Source of the DNA: an uncultured Candidatus Saccharibacteria bacterium | GTDB taxonomy: Bacteria > Patescibacteriota > Minisyncoccia > Phycocordibacterales > UBA918 | Direction of reading: 5' to 3' | DNA length: 64,000 nucleotides | NCBI GenBank assembly: GCA_964402035.1 | Contig: CAYOAM010000003.1 | Location: forward strand, 162,657 to 226,656 | Part shown: piece by piece, positions 38,085-48,487 of the stretch | Layout: the number at the start of each line of letters is the position of its first letter | Numbering within the stretch: the stretch's first letter is position 1 | Program-made: the position numbers and the translations under genes | The notes under the pieces: model-generated | Database searches by the model: none | Told to the model about the DNA's origin: nothing | Seen by the model: the letters and a program-made list of their open reading frames with translations, nothing else

Positions 38085-38882
38085 ATGGAAAAATTTACTG
38101 CCAAGAAATCGTTGGGACAGAACTTCCTAACCAATCCCAAAATAGCCGAGCGCATAGCGCAGGCAGCGGATATCAAGACGGGGGAGACGGTACTTGAAAT
38201 CGGCCCAGGGACGGGGATGTTGACGCGCGCCCTCCTAAAGGAGGGCGCGCGTGTCATCGCGCTCGAAGCCGACAGTCGCACATTGCCAATCCTCAACGCC
38301 AGTTTTGAAAAAGAGCTATTAGATGGTCAACTCACCCTCATACACGGAGATGTCAGGACATACGATATAGCCAGTGTTTTAAAAGGTTTTTCGTATAAAG
38401 TCGTCGCCAATATCCCGTACTACCTCTCGGGTATGCTCTTTCGACTTTTTCTTGAAAATACTGCTGACCAACCCTCCACAATCGTCTTTTTAGTCCAAAA
38501 AGAGGTCGCGGAGCGTATTGTACGCAGCAAAAAGGAGTCCATCCTCTCACTTTCTATAAAGGCGTACGGTGAACCGAGCTTCGTAGCCACGGTTTCTCGA
38601 GGAAATTTCTCCCCGCAGCCGAATGTCGACTCTGCCGTCCTTAAAATAAGCGATATTTCCAAAAATAGCTTCAAAAGCGTCCCCGAGTCGGCATTTTTCA
38701 CCATCCTAAAGACCGGATTTGCAGCAAAACGCAAACATCTTGCCGGCAATCTATCGCTCTTAATGCCTCGCGCAGATATCCTTGCCGCATTTGACGCACT
38801 TAAACTGCCACATGATGTCCGCGGTGAGGACATACACATCGACACATGGCTGGCGCTTGCTGAAAAATTGAAGTCTGCTTAA
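38085..38882 (+). CDS. rsmA: 16S rRNA adenine dimethyltransferase KsgA/RsmA
   Basis: 'KKSLGQNFL' and 'VLEIGPGTGMLT' SAM motif. Probable start is the Met at 38085, overlapping the end of pcrA. Confidence 0.9.
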   Translation: MEKFTAKKSLGQNFLTNPKIAERIAQAADIKTGETVLEIGPGTGMLTRALLKEGARVIALEADSRTLPILNASFEKELLDGQLTLIHGDVRTYDIASVLKGFSYKVVANIPYYLSGMLFRLFLENTADQPSTIVFLVQKEVAERIVRSKKESILSLSIKAYGEPSFVATVSRGNFSPQPNVDSAVLKISDISKNSFKSVPESAFFTILKTGFAAKRKHLAGNLSLLMPRADILAAFDALKLPHDVRGEDIHIDTWLALAEKLKSA

Positions 38883-38887
38883 TGACA

Positions 38888-38960
38888 AGAAGCGCCGGCC
38901 TCCATTTTAAAAAGGTTGAGGGTAGGACTGGGTTTTAAAATGGAGGCCGGCGCTTCTTTA
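38888..38960. terminator. Long perfect hairpin terminator
   Basis: agaagcgccggcctccattttaaaa / ttttaaaatggaggccggcgcttct. A ~25-bp stem. Confidence 0.8.
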
Positions 38961-39017
38961 ATTACCAATCAATAACATCTGTCCCCATAGTGCAAAAAAC
39001 TTCCTAAAGCGCGCCTG

Positions 39018-39944
39018 TTGCCCCTGCTATACTTAGGGCAACGCATGACCGTGAATACGACACTACGGGTGGGGGGTGCAATGCTTGTTGGCATTGCTCT
39101 TGTTGGTGGAGCACTCCTCTTGAGTAAAAAACAAACAGCCGCAGAATATTCTGCGGCTGTTGTTGTGGCAGACAAACCACGAGCGTATCAAGAAACGCGC
39201 GATGGCGATGGCGATGGGCTTCGTGATTGGGAAGAAGAGCTGCGTGGTACTGATCCAAAAACCCCCGATGATCTTTCTAAAAAACCTGAACCTGTAGAAG
39301 AAGCTCCTGTCGAAGAGCTTCCAAACACCATGACCAATCAGTTTTCAAAAGACTTTTTCGCATACTACCTCAAACACAATGCCGGGAATGCCGCAATGAC
39401 GCAAGAACAAAAAGATGCATTTATAAAGCAGGCGGCCGCGGCTGCCGAAAAGCAAGTAGATAGCAAGCTTCTAACGACTACTGATATTATTACTTCCAGT
39501 GAAAATAATTTTGCTGTTTGGCGCGACTATGGCAACACTGTTGCAATGATTATGCAACGTTACCCTGTAAAAAATGAAAACGAATTATCAATTTTTAGCC
39601 GAGCAATACAATCGAACGATCCATCCATCATAGAAGAACTTGGCCCTATAGAAAAATCATATAACGACACCATTGCGGATCTGCGAACCCTTCAAACCCC
39701 CACACTATTTCTCAATGAACATCTCAATCTTCTAAACCGGATGATTTCGGTTCATAATACAGTGATTGCTATGCAGAATGTCTTCAGTGATCCATTACCT
39801 GCTCTGGTACGTACACAACAGTATCAAGATGAGGCACAGCAACTATCAAATGCCCTTGCAAGCATGCATGCTCTACTCACAGCTCAAGGTGTCACCTACA
39901 CCTCCGATGAACCAGGAATCTTCTTTGAAGCATTTCAACCTTAG
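39018..39944 (+). CDS. Hypothetical N-terminally membrane-anchored protein
   Basis: TM helix 'GGAMLVGIALVGGALLL' followed by a ~270-aa soluble domain. First gene of the T4SS-like cluster. Confidence 0.45.
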   Translation: MPLLYLGQRMTVNTTLRVGGAMLVGIALVGGALLLSKKQTAAEYSAAVVVADKPRAYQETRDGDGDGLRDWEEELRGTDPKTPDDLSKKPEPVEEAPVEELPNTMTNQFSKDFFAYYLKHNAGNAAMTQEQKDAFIKQAAAAAEKQVDSKLLTTTDIITSSENNFAVWRDYGNTVAMIMQRYPVKNENELSIFSRAIQSNDPSIIEELGPIEKSYNDTIADLRTLQTPTLFLNEHLNLLNRMISVHNTVIAMQNVFSDPLPALVRTQQYQDEAQQLSNALASMHALLTAQGVTYTSDEPGIFFEAFQP

Positions 39945-39947
39945 CGT

Positions 39948-41480
39948 ATGAGACTTTCCAGAAAAGAACAACTACACTACTTCCTCTCAACTGTTCTTGC
40001 TGTTCTGTTTATTATTACCCCGCTTTACACACTCATCCCTACACGAGCAAATGCTATTACGGTAACCGTTAATGGAGGAACGGGGACAGTTCCAGATATT
40101 ATAACCGCAAAAAATACCACCGTTTCTGCTGCCGCAAACACCGCAACCGCAAAAAGTACTGGCTCAATTGCACTCAAGGAATTAAAAATGGATGGGGTCT
40201 TTAATGCTTTGGCAAAAATGGTGGTGCAGGGCATGGTGCGCAGTACCGTGGCATGGATTAATTCGGGTTTTAAAGGCAGCCCTATGTTTGTGACAGACCC
40301 CGGTCAATTTCTCCTTAATATTGCAGACCAAGAAGCGGGGAGAATGCTGTACAACAGCGAAGACTTAAATTTTCTCTGCAGACCAATGAACATCCGTATT
40401 GCACTTGATTTCTATTATCGCTCCTCACGAAATCAGCTACCCGTACAATGTACACTTTCTGGAGCCTTAGGAAACGTGCAACGTTTTATGGAAGGCAATT
40501 TCCTCGCTGCTGGTTGGCCTGGATGGTTATCGGTAAGTCTCAACCCCACCAATCACCCGATCGGTGGCGCATTTGCTATGGAACGAAAACTCGAAACGAA
40601 CATAGCCGCGTTACAAAATCTCAATATTATGGAATGGGGCTGGGCGCGCGGATTCCTCTCAACAAAGAGCTGCGATGATGGGCCGAATGGAAAGATCAAT
40701 TGTCGAACCATCACGCCTGGCGATACAATCGCATCTGCACTCAATTACAACTTAACTTTGCCTGCAGAATCACTTATATCTGCGGATGAAATTAACGAAG
40801 TTGTTGGTGCACTCTTTGCTCAACTCGCTCAACAAGCACTCACGGGTGCGGCAGGTGTCTTTGGCCTCACAGACAGCGGTTCAGGATCAAGTGGGTTTTC
40901 TGATGCAGGATTTGGTGGAACAAACGGAGGTCTTGGGACAGCAGCATGCAATGGGCTTTCATATCTCAATCAATTGAGTGACCCCCGATGCAACCTCAAT
41001 CTAGGATCAGGAAGTATTGCAACTTCTACTGACGATGATTTTATCGGTAAGGCCATTCATGACGAGCAGGCATACCAGCGCATGCATCAAAATATTATAG
41101 ACGCCGCAAATGATACTATCGCTGAAGCAACTGAACGTGGAAAGGAATGTTCCGGAAACACATCAGTCATCAGAACTGCATCCCGTTACGTTGAAACTGC
41201 CAGCTCTTCAATGTTGACCTCAAAAGTAACTGAGGCAAAGTTGGCCGCTTTAGCTATACGCGATGCACAGGGGACGGTGGAAGAACGTATTGCGGCATTG
41301 AGCGCTTTTAATGAACTTTCAATATCGGGCGGCCTCCATTCATCAATCACCAACGTGACAACTTCATTTGAAACAGCGGATGTTATAAAAAATATACAAG
41401 AATTAAGAGCTACTATCACTGATTGTCCTCGTGATAATAGTAACAACAGCAACAGTGGAAGTTCAGGAGGCCGTGATTGA
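39948..41480 (+). CDS. Hypothetical secreted Gly/Ser/Asn-rich protein
   Basis: N-terminal signal/TM 'YFLSTVLAVLFIITPLYTLIPTRANA'. 510 aa, low complexity. Confidence 0.45.
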   Translation: MRLSRKEQLHYFLSTVLAVLFIITPLYTLIPTRANAITVTVNGGTGTVPDIITAKNTTVSAAANTATAKSTGSIALKELKMDGVFNALAKMVVQGMVRSTVAWINSGFKGSPMFVTDPGQFLLNIADQEAGRMLYNSEDLNFLCRPMNIRIALDFYYRSSRNQLPVQCTLSGALGNVQRFMEGNFLAAGWPGWLSVSLNPTNHPIGGAFAMERKLETNIAALQNLNIMEWGWARGFLSTKSCDDGPNGKINCRTITPGDTIASALNYNLTLPAESLISADEINEVVGALFAQLAQQALTGAAGVFGLTDSGSGSSGFSDAGFGGTNGGLGTAACNGLSYLNQLSDPRCNLNLGSGSIATSTDDDFIGKAIHDEQAYQRMHQNIIDAANDTIAEATERGKECSGNTSVIRTASRYVETASSSMLTSKVTEAKLAALAIRDAQGTVEERIAALSAFNELSISGGLHSSITNVTTSFETADVIKNIQELRATITDCPRDNSNNSNSGSSGGRD

Positions 41481-43372
41481 ACATGAAAAAATTACTCCCA
41501 CATATTTGCGCATGTCTCATCATCGGTATTGGGTTTTTTGTGGCTTCAGAAATCTTTGCACAGGCCCCCGACGCAAAGGTCACAGCTCCTACGCAAGCAA
41601 AACCAGGCGCTGCGGAACGCTTCTTTTACTCCGCCCTTGAAGGAACAGTAAAATGGATCGCATTTGCCATTTTGCAATTCTTCATATGGCTAACATCTAT
41701 TACCGGCCTTCTACTCAACATGTCTATCGACTGGCTCATCATCGGGATGGGAGATATGGTGCGTACAAAGGGTTTTGGAATTGCCATTGATAAACTTTGG
41801 ACTATCATCCGAGATATTGTAAATATCTGTTTCGTATTCGGACTCGTGTACATTGGCATTACGACTATTGTCAAAAGTGAAGCTTCGGGTGCTAAACGAC
41901 TACTCTCATCGCTCATTATTTCTGCTCTACTCGTAAATTTTAGTCTGTTCTTTACAAAAGCAATTATTGACCTATCAAACATCACTGCAGACAACATCTA
42001 TCGTCAGATGATTACTGGTTCATCAAAAGATGGTATATCTGGAGAATTTGTAAGTCAAATGGGCCTCACCTCTATTGTCGGTGGAGGAAAATCAAAACAA
42101 TCAGAAGAGATACTCAATAAAGTACTCGCAGAAGGTGGAGGTATACCCTTTATGATTGTGTTTGCGTTAGGGTCCGGCATTCTACTATTTAAACTTGCAT
42201 TTGCATTTGGCATTGGGGCATTTCTCATTCTCATTCGCTTTGTCATGCTCATACTGCTCATGATCTTTTCTCCGATCGCATTCTTGCCCGAAGTGCTACC
42301 AAACCTTGGAAAGTACCGACAACAATGGTGGGATACGCTTTTGAGCCAAGCATTCTTTGCGCCTATTTATATTTTTGGCATTTACCTTTCACTCATCGTG
42401 CTTCGGTCAAATCCTGTGGCGCTTGGCGACCGCAACCTGATAAATTTGTTCACAGAAAGCGCTGTCGCCGGTACTGTACAAGTGCTGCTGTTTTATCTCA
42501 TAGCTATCATCATGATAATTGCCACAACCACTATGGCAAAAAGCATGAGCACCTCAGGCGCATCTATTGTTGGAAAAATCAGTGAAGGTGCAGCAAAATA
42601 CGCCCGAAAGACAGTTGGTAAAACAATTGCCGGAGCTTCAGTTGCAGGTGGAATTGTCGGTAGAAACACCGTCGGACGGGTAGGATACAATCTATCAAAA
42701 AAGGAAGGTCTCTTGAAGGCCGCAGCGGGTGGCGGGTTAACAGGATGGGCTGCACGAAGAGCGGTTGATACCACTCGCGCTGCAGCAAAGGGCAGCTTTG
42801 ATGCTCGTGCACTACCTGGCATGAAAGGTGCTGCTGGTCTGGTAGATGTAGACCTCGGCAAACCTGGAAAAGGAAGCTACGAAGCACGCACTAAAGACAT
42901 TAACAAGAAAGAGCTTGAGTATGCAGAGTCATTGAACGTCGAAAAAGGGGCTGATGTTGAAAAAGTTAAGCATAAGATCGATGGGCATAAAACATATATT
43001 AAGGAAAAGCAGAGGGACTACAATTTGGGGGTCAAGAATGGCGCATCTGAAACAGAGAAACAAAAAATCCGTGATGAGATAGCTATTGCCAAATCTGAAT
43101 TGGAGGACGCAAACAGAGAACTTATTGAAGTAAAATCAGCAAACCAGAGGAAATATGCAAAGACTTTACAAGATGGTCAGTTAGGATTCATGGGTCTACC
43201 TGGGACAAGTATTTTCCCCGCCAGGACTAAAAAAGAGAATGCTGCTGCAGCAAATCATATTCGTGAAGGGATAGAGAAAAAGAAAAATAAGACTGATACC
43301 GACCGCTTGATTGATGCCACCAAAGAATCTGCCGAAAAAGCTTCAAAAAATGCTAAGGAAGATGCTCATTAA
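41477..43372 (+). CDS. VirB6/TrbL-like polytopic membrane protein
   Basis: Signal peptide plus ~6-7 TM helices, followed by a ~270-aa Lys/Glu-rich hydrophilic tail. It overlaps the previous gene by 4 nt. Confidence 0.5.
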   Translation: MNMKKLLPHICACLIIGIGFFVASEIFAQAPDAKVTAPTQAKPGAAERFFYSALEGTVKWIAFAILQFFIWLTSITGLLLNMSIDWLIIGMGDMVRTKGFGIAIDKLWTIIRDIVNICFVFGLVYIGITTIVKSEASGAKRLLSSLIISALLVNFSLFFTKAIIDLSNITADNIYRQMITGSSKDGISGEFVSQMGLTSIVGGGKSKQSEEILNKVLAEGGGIPFMIVFALGSGILLFKLAFAFGIGAFLILIRFVMLILLMIFSPIAFLPEVLPNLGKYRQQWWDTLLSQAFFAPIYIFGIYLSLIVLRSNPVALGDRNLINLFTESAVAGTVQVLLFYLIAIIMIIATTTMAKSMSTSGASIVGKISEGAAKYARKTVGKTIAGASVAGGIVGRNTVGRVGYNLSKKEGLLKAAAGGGLTGWAARRAVDTTRAAAKGSFDARALPGMKGAAGLVDVDLGKPGKGSYEARTKDINKKELEYAESLNVEKGADVEKVKHKIDGHKTYIKEKQRDYNLGVKNGASETEKQKIRDEIAIAKSELEDANRELIEVKSANQRKYAKTLQDGQLGFMGLPGTSIFPARTKKENAAAANHIREGIEKKKNKTDTDRLIDATKESAEKASKNAKEDAH

Positions 43373-43374
43373 TT

Positions 43375-44031
43375 ATGGAACAATCAATTCAAAAAATTAT
43401 TTCAGAGAGATACAATACACTCCCCATCTCACTCAAAGATTTTATTTCTAATCCCACCCTTGAAGAAACCCTGCATACAATCGCCCAAAAATATAATCTC
43501 AACAAAGATACAGAAGTATTACTTGAAAATGAAGTAATGTTTGTACTACTTGGTTTTGAACCCAGTGAGGAATTTATGGGACAGCTAGCAATTTGCCTAC
43601 CTATTGACCCCACGACCACCATGAATATTGCGGACGAAATAACAACATCGATATTCAATCACATTGGGCCTGAACTCCACGCACTTGATACTGAATACCT
43701 TCAAGATGGGGCGATTGTTGACAGCGCCGAGTCTATTTTGATGCCAACATCTTCCGAAGAAACACCGACTCAAACGCCAGAAATCCACACGGAAACAGAG
43801 GAAGAATCAACATCAGTACCAGCTCAACTGCAACCAACAGACGAAATAACTGTACCCGCTCCTGCGGCAGAACCAGCACCATCAGTGTCAGAGGCTGAAG
43901 TGCCTGCACCTGCGCCAGAACCTGTTCCAGTGGAACCACCTGAACCCGTTATTGTCCCTTCATACGCCAAACCACTTACCGACACACCGCGATATACGGA
44001 CGACCCATATCGCGAATCGCCACACTCATAA
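43375..44031 (+). CDS. Hypothetical acidic protein with Pro/Ala/Glu-rich C-terminus
   Basis: ORF with a 'PAPAAEPAPSVSEAEVPAPAPEPVPVEPPEPV' tail. Confidence 0.4.
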   Translation: MEQSIQKIISERYNTLPISLKDFISNPTLEETLHTIAQKYNLNKDTEVLLENEVMFVLLGFEPSEEFMGQLAICLPIDPTTTMNIADEITTSIFNHIGPELHALDTEYLQDGAIVDSAESILMPTSSEETPTQTPEIHTETEEESTSVPAQLQPTDEITVPAPAAEPAPSVSEAEVPAPAPEPVPVEPPEPVIVPSYAKPLTDTPRYTDDPYRESPHS

Positions 44032-44042
44032 CAAAACGCAGT

Positions 44043-44495
44043 GTGAGTCACACAAGAAATGCATTCATGACATATACGGCATGTATAATACTAGTACCTA
44101 TGCGCTTTGAAGTACCACAATTTATTGAAATTGAAGACAAAATTTTTGGGCCATTTACCTGGAAACAATTTGTCTACCTATTGGGTGGGGCAGGAGCGAT
44201 CTTTATGCTCTTTGTGTGGTTACCATTTATTATTTTTGTTGTCGCCGCAGCACCAATCGTCGCACTCACTGCCGGACTTGCTTTCTACAAAGTGAACAAT
44301 CGCCCCTTTGCAGCCATCTTGGAATCATTTGTAACGTATTTCATGAATGCGCGCCTCTATCTGTGGAAAAAGCAAGAGCAAAAAGTGGTTCCGACCGGGG
44401 GTGGGGCTCCGCAAACATACCTTCCACCATCAAAGACAACGCTTTCAACACTTTCGCGCCAACTAGAGTTAAATGCGCTCAGGGGCAAAAAATAA
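44043..44495 (+). CDS. VirB3/PrgI-like small 2-TM protein
   Basis: 'FEVPQFIEIEDKIFGPFTWKQFVYLLGG' followed by two hydrophobic helices, typical of the VirB3/TcpE/PrgI family. Confidence 0.5.
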   Translation: MSHTRNAFMTYTACIILVPMRFEVPQFIEIEDKIFGPFTWKQFVYLLGGAGAIFMLFVWLPFIIFVVAAAPIVALTAGLAFYKVNNRPFAAILESFVTYFMNARLYLWKKQEQKVVPTGGGAPQTYLPPSKTTLSTLSRQLELNALRGKK

Positions 44496-45129
44496 TATGG
44501 CACATAGCGAAGCAACACAAAAATTTGTATCTCTCAAGGAAATCCGCGATGGTATTGTTATATTAAAAGACGGTAGTCTCCGCGCTATCCTTATGGCTTC
44601 CTCCATAAATTTCGCGCTCAAGTCCGGCGATGAACAGCAAGCGATCTTGCGACAATTTCAAAGTTTCCTGAATACACTTGATTTTTCGTTGCAGCTTTAT
44701 GTCCAATCGCGCGAACTCAATATCGAACCATACCTCGCACTCTTGGGATCCTTTGAGGCGGGACAAAAAAATGACCTCATGCGCGTACAGCTCCGAGAAT
44801 ACATGGGCTTTATCCGCAAGTTTACTGAGGATGTTGATATTATGACCAAGAGTTTCTTTGTGGTCGTGTCATACACCCCTGCGGCCGTCGACGTCACCAA
44901 GGGACTTAAAAGTCTCCTTGGTGGCCCAACTCAAAAGAAGAATCTCTTGCCGACAGAAATATTTGAAGAACACAGAAGCCAACTCGAGCAACGCATAGCT
45001 GTGGTGGAACAAAGTCTTCGCCGCATCGGTATTCGCACCGCAACCTTGGGTACGGCCGAAGTTGTCGATCTTTTTTATCATATTTTCAATCCCAACGAAG
45101 GAAACAGGGCACTACCCACAGCAACATGA
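44473..45129 (+). CDS. VirB4-like N-terminal domain protein (separate ORF)
   Basis: 'LKEIRDGIVILKDGSLRAILMASSINFALKS' resembles the VirB4/TraE N-terminal domain. Its stop overlaps the next start (ATGA). Confidence 0.45.
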   Translation: MRSGAKNNMAHSEATQKFVSLKEIRDGIVILKDGSLRAILMASSINFALKSGDEQQAILRQFQSFLNTLDFSLQLYVQSRELNIEPYLALLGSFEAGQKNDLMRVQLREYMGFIRKFTEDVDIMTKSFFVVVSYTPAAVDVTKGLKSLLGGPTQKKNLLPTEIFEEHRSQLEQRIAVVEQSLRRIGIRTATLGTAEVVDLFYHIFNPNEGNRALPTAT

Positions 45130-46934
45130 GCATTTTTGATATTTTTAAAAAGCCAAAAGAGACCGAGGAGTCACTTGCACTTCCCAAGGATATTTATGAT
45201 GCGAGCACTCTTGCTTTGGAAGATGTGATCGCGCCATCTGCGATAGGGGTGAGTCCACGCCAGCTCAACATCAGCGGCAAATTGACCCGAACTTTTTTTG
45301 TGGTTGCGTACCCGCGATCACTCACGGAAAGCTGGCTTGAACCGATTCTCGATCTTGAACGAGTATTTGACCTTTCTATTTTTGTGCATCCGATGGACAC
45401 GACCGAGGTTTTGAAGAAGTTTCAAAAGAAGGTTGCTGAGGTGCAGAGTCAGATTTCCACCCGCGAAGATAAAGGGTTTGTTCGTGACCCCCAACTCGAA
45501 GCGGCATACAAAAACCTTGAAGATCTCCGTGACAAACTCCAACAAGCCGAAGAGCGTCTCTTTGATGTCGGCCTCTATATCACTATCTATGGTGACCATG
45601 AAGAGCAGCTTGAAAAGGCAGAGAGTGAGATCCGCACCATCCTCGACTCGCGCTTGGTGTACATGAAGCCAGCACTTTTCCAGCAGGAGCAAGGGTTTAA
45701 AAGCACAATGCCCTTGGGGACGGACGAACTTTCGGTCCACAGCAAGTTTAATTCTGATCCACTTTCGAGCTTTTTCCCATTCACCTCTTTTGACCTCACG
45801 GCAGATACCGGTATCCTCTACGGCATCAACCGCCACAACTCATCACTGGTTCTCTTTGATCGTTTTTCGCTCGAAAACTACAACTCCGTCACTTTCGCAA
45901 CATCGGGTTCTGGAAAATCGTACGCTGCAAAGCTCGAAATCCTCCGTTCACTCATGTTTGGTACCGAAGTTATCGTGATCGACCCTGAACGCGAATACGA
46001 ATATCTCGCTGAAGCGACCGGCGGCAGATTTTTCAATATTTCTCTCTCATCTCCCCACCACATCAATCCCTTTGATCTCCCTGAACTACTTGCTGACGAA
46101 TCACCCGAAGAAGTGCTCCGCTCCCACATCATCAATCTCGTCGGACTTTTCCGCATCATGCTTGGGGGACTCACACCCGAAGAAGATGCAATCGTCGATC
46201 GCGCGATCGCAGAAACGTATGCGCTCAAAGACATCACGCCGAACAGTGGTTTTGCAGGCCATGAGCCACCACTTCTTTCGGATTTTGAAATGGTCCTAAG
46301 CGGTATGGTGGGAAGTGAATCTCTCGTGACACGCCTTTCAAAATACACTCGCGGCACATGGGAAGGGTTTATCAACCGACCCACAAATGTCGATATCAAC
46401 CAGCATTTCGTCGTATTTTCTTTGCGCGAAATTGAAGACGAACTCAAAACGGTCGCCATGTACATCATCACGCACCACATTTGGAGTGCAATCAGGCGTA
46501 CGCTTAAGAAGCGTTTGCTTGTCATAGACGAAGCGTGGTGGATGATGAAAAGTGAAGATACCGCATCATTTCTTTTTGGCATCGCCAAGCGTGGACGCAA
46601 GTACTACTTGGGGCTTTCCACCATCACCCAAGACGTCAACGACTTTCTCAATTCACCATATGGTGTCCCCATGCTCACAAACTCCTCACTACAGCTTTTG
46701 ATGAAGCAGTCACCAACGACGATCGACTCACTACAAAAAGCGTTCAATCTCACCGACGAAGAGAAGTTCCTACTCCTTGAGTCGGGGGTGGGGGAAGGGA
46801 TATTCTTCGCAGGACTCAAACATGTCGCGATCAAAGTTATCGCTTCCTACACCGAAGACCAGATCATCACGTCCGATCCTTCGCAGATTCTTCAGATCAA
46901 GAAGGCTCGTGAGGAGCTGAATATGTCGAAGTAA
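45126..46934 (+). CDS. VirB4/TrbE-like conjugation ATPase (C-terminal ATPase domain)
   Basis: Walker A 'FATSGSGKSYAA', Walker B 'RLLVIDEAWWMM', 'GRKYYLGLSTITQ'. Confidence 0.65.
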   Translation: MSIFDIFKKPKETEESLALPKDIYDASTLALEDVIAPSAIGVSPRQLNISGKLTRTFFVVAYPRSLTESWLEPILDLERVFDLSIFVHPMDTTEVLKKFQKKVAEVQSQISTREDKGFVRDPQLEAAYKNLEDLRDKLQQAEERLFDVGLYITIYGDHEEQLEKAESEIRTILDSRLVYMKPALFQQEQGFKSTMPLGTDELSVHSKFNSDPLSSFFPFTSFDLTADTGILYGINRHNSSLVLFDRFSLENYNSVTFATSGSGKSYAAKLEILRSLMFGTEVIVIDPEREYEYLAEATGGRFFNISLSSPHHINPFDLPELLADESPEEVLRSHIINLVGLFRIMLGGLTPEEDAIVDRAIAETYALKDITPNSGFAGHEPPLLSDFEMVLSGMVGSESLVTRLSKYTRGTWEGFINRPTNVDINQHFVVFSLREIEDELKTVAMYIITHHIWSAIRRTLKKRLLVIDEAWWMMKSEDTASFLFGIAKRGRKYYLGLSTITQDVNDFLNSPYGVPMLTNSSLQLLMKQSPTTIDSLQKAFNLTDEEKFLLLESGVGEGIFFAGLKHVAIKVIASYTEDQIITSDPSQILQIKKAREELNMSK

Positions 46935-46941
46935 AACCGTT

Positions 46942-47499
46942 ATGAACAGTAACACCACAGAGAAAAAGATATCGACCGGACTTGGTATTATTTTTCTTAC
47001 TATGGCGGTAATAATCGATGTTCTCCAGTTCTTCCTTATGTTTTTAATTTTCACGGGAATTTTGGCCGTATTAGGTATAGCTTTATCGTGGTTTCTTGCA
47101 GCCGTACTTATACCTCTTTTCATGATGACTATGATGTCACATCATGTACCCCTTTTTTCCGGATCCAAAATGAAGCGCACTGGTGCAACAATTATTGCAG
47201 AATTCATACCAATTTTTGGCAATTTCTGCCCATCGCTCTCAATATGGATATATCTCACACTGCGAGAGAACAAAAAGACGATGGTTAAAATAGCCACAGA
47301 GGCACGGGCACAAGAGGAAAAAGAGCTCAAACGGAATGCTACAATTAGAAGGAGGCTTGCGCAACAAGCTGAAGCCTCTGCAATAGAGGTACCGCAAGGC
47401 ACGAGAGACAACAGCCCTGCAGTTCGACGCAGGTACAAAGATGTCAACTATAGACCCGACCCTACGCACGAAGATCTTACGTTTAAGCAAGCCGCTTAG
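46942..47499 (+). CDS. Hypothetical polytopic membrane protein
   Basis: Three or four TM helices followed by a basic C-terminal tail. Confidence 0.4.
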   Translation: MNSNTTEKKISTGLGIIFLTMAVIIDVLQFFLMFLIFTGILAVLGIALSWFLAAVLIPLFMMTMMSHHVPLFSGSKMKRTGATIIAEFIPIFGNFCPSLSIWIYLTLRENKKTMVKIATEARAQEEKELKRNATIRRRLAQQAEASAIEVPQGTRDNSPAVRRRYKDVNYRPDPTHEDLTFKQAA

Positions 47500-48484
47500 T
47501 ATGCATACACTCCGAATATTTTTAGCACCCATTGCCGGAATAATAGTTTTTGCATTTCTGTTCATTACGGCAGTTTCTGTACATGCGCAATTTCAGGCTC
47601 CCGGTGTGCCTTCAGCGCACATTGAACTAAGTCCAACCTATCCAAGAGCAGGCGAACCGTTTACCGCCCGACTTGCAGACTACGGATCGCAAACAAATGA
47701 TACGGTGAGTTGGCTCATTGATGGAGTGCTTTTGAGTGACAAACAACGCGTTATTGAATTAACAGCACCACTCCTAGGGGTGCCTATGACCATAGAGGCA
47801 CGCATAACCACTTCTGGTGGCGCTACCGAAAGCACTAGAATAGTGGCAGTACCTTCAGACATCGACATTATTACCGAAAGCAACACAACAGCGCCGTATT
47901 TTTATAAGGGGCGGCGCACACCGAGTACGGGCAGTGACGCGCATCTCGTAGTGATTCCACACTTATTTTCAAAAAAAGGCACCCGAATTCCAACTTCTGA
48001 AGTAGAGTACACTTGGAGTATCAATAACGGCCTTGTAAATACGGACCGCAAGGACGGCGCCTTGGATACTACACTTTCAAGTGTCGGGGATTCGTTAGTC
48101 CGTATTACGGCTGATGCACCTGCGTATGGAGTACGGTACGAAAAAACATTCACTATTGAATCGGGTGAGCCCCAGCTAGCATTTTACGTATACAACGCAC
48201 TCACGGGACTTTCTCAAAATGCTATCCAAGATAACTATACCGAAGCAGTGAGAGAAATTTCAGTCCGAGCACAGCCTTACTTTATGGATCGAAACGTGTA
48301 CAGAAATGTGGAACAAGGATGGAGCATCAACGGAGAGCGTACACAAAATTCTGGCGGCGACCAAGAATTTATTACACTCCAATCAGGCGGCAATGGGGGT
48401 GTGACAGATGTTGGTTACTCGATCCGAAACCTGTCTGCGCTTTCACAATATGCCGCTAATCTATTTCGTATAGCTTTCAAATAA
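47441..48484 (+). CDS. Hypothetical secreted protein
   Basis: N-terminal TM/signal 'LAPIAGIIVFAFLFITAVSVHA'. Confidence 0.4.
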   Translation: MSTIDPTLRTKILRLSKPLSMHTLRIFLAPIAGIIVFAFLFITAVSVHAQFQAPGVPSAHIELSPTYPRAGEPFTARLADYGSQTNDTVSWLIDGVLLSDKQRVIELTAPLLGVPMTIEARITTSGGATESTRIVAVPSDIDIITESNTTAPYFYKGRRTPSTGSDAHLVVIPHLFSKKGTRIPTSEVEYTWSINNGLVNTDRKDGALDTTLSSVGDSLVRITADAPAYGVRYEKTFTIESGEPQLAFYVYNALTGLSQNAIQDNYTEAVREISVRAQPYFMDRNVYRNVEQGWSINGERTQNSGGDQEFITLQSGGNGGVTDVGYSIRNLSALSQYAANLFRIAFK

Positions 48485-48487
48485 TCT

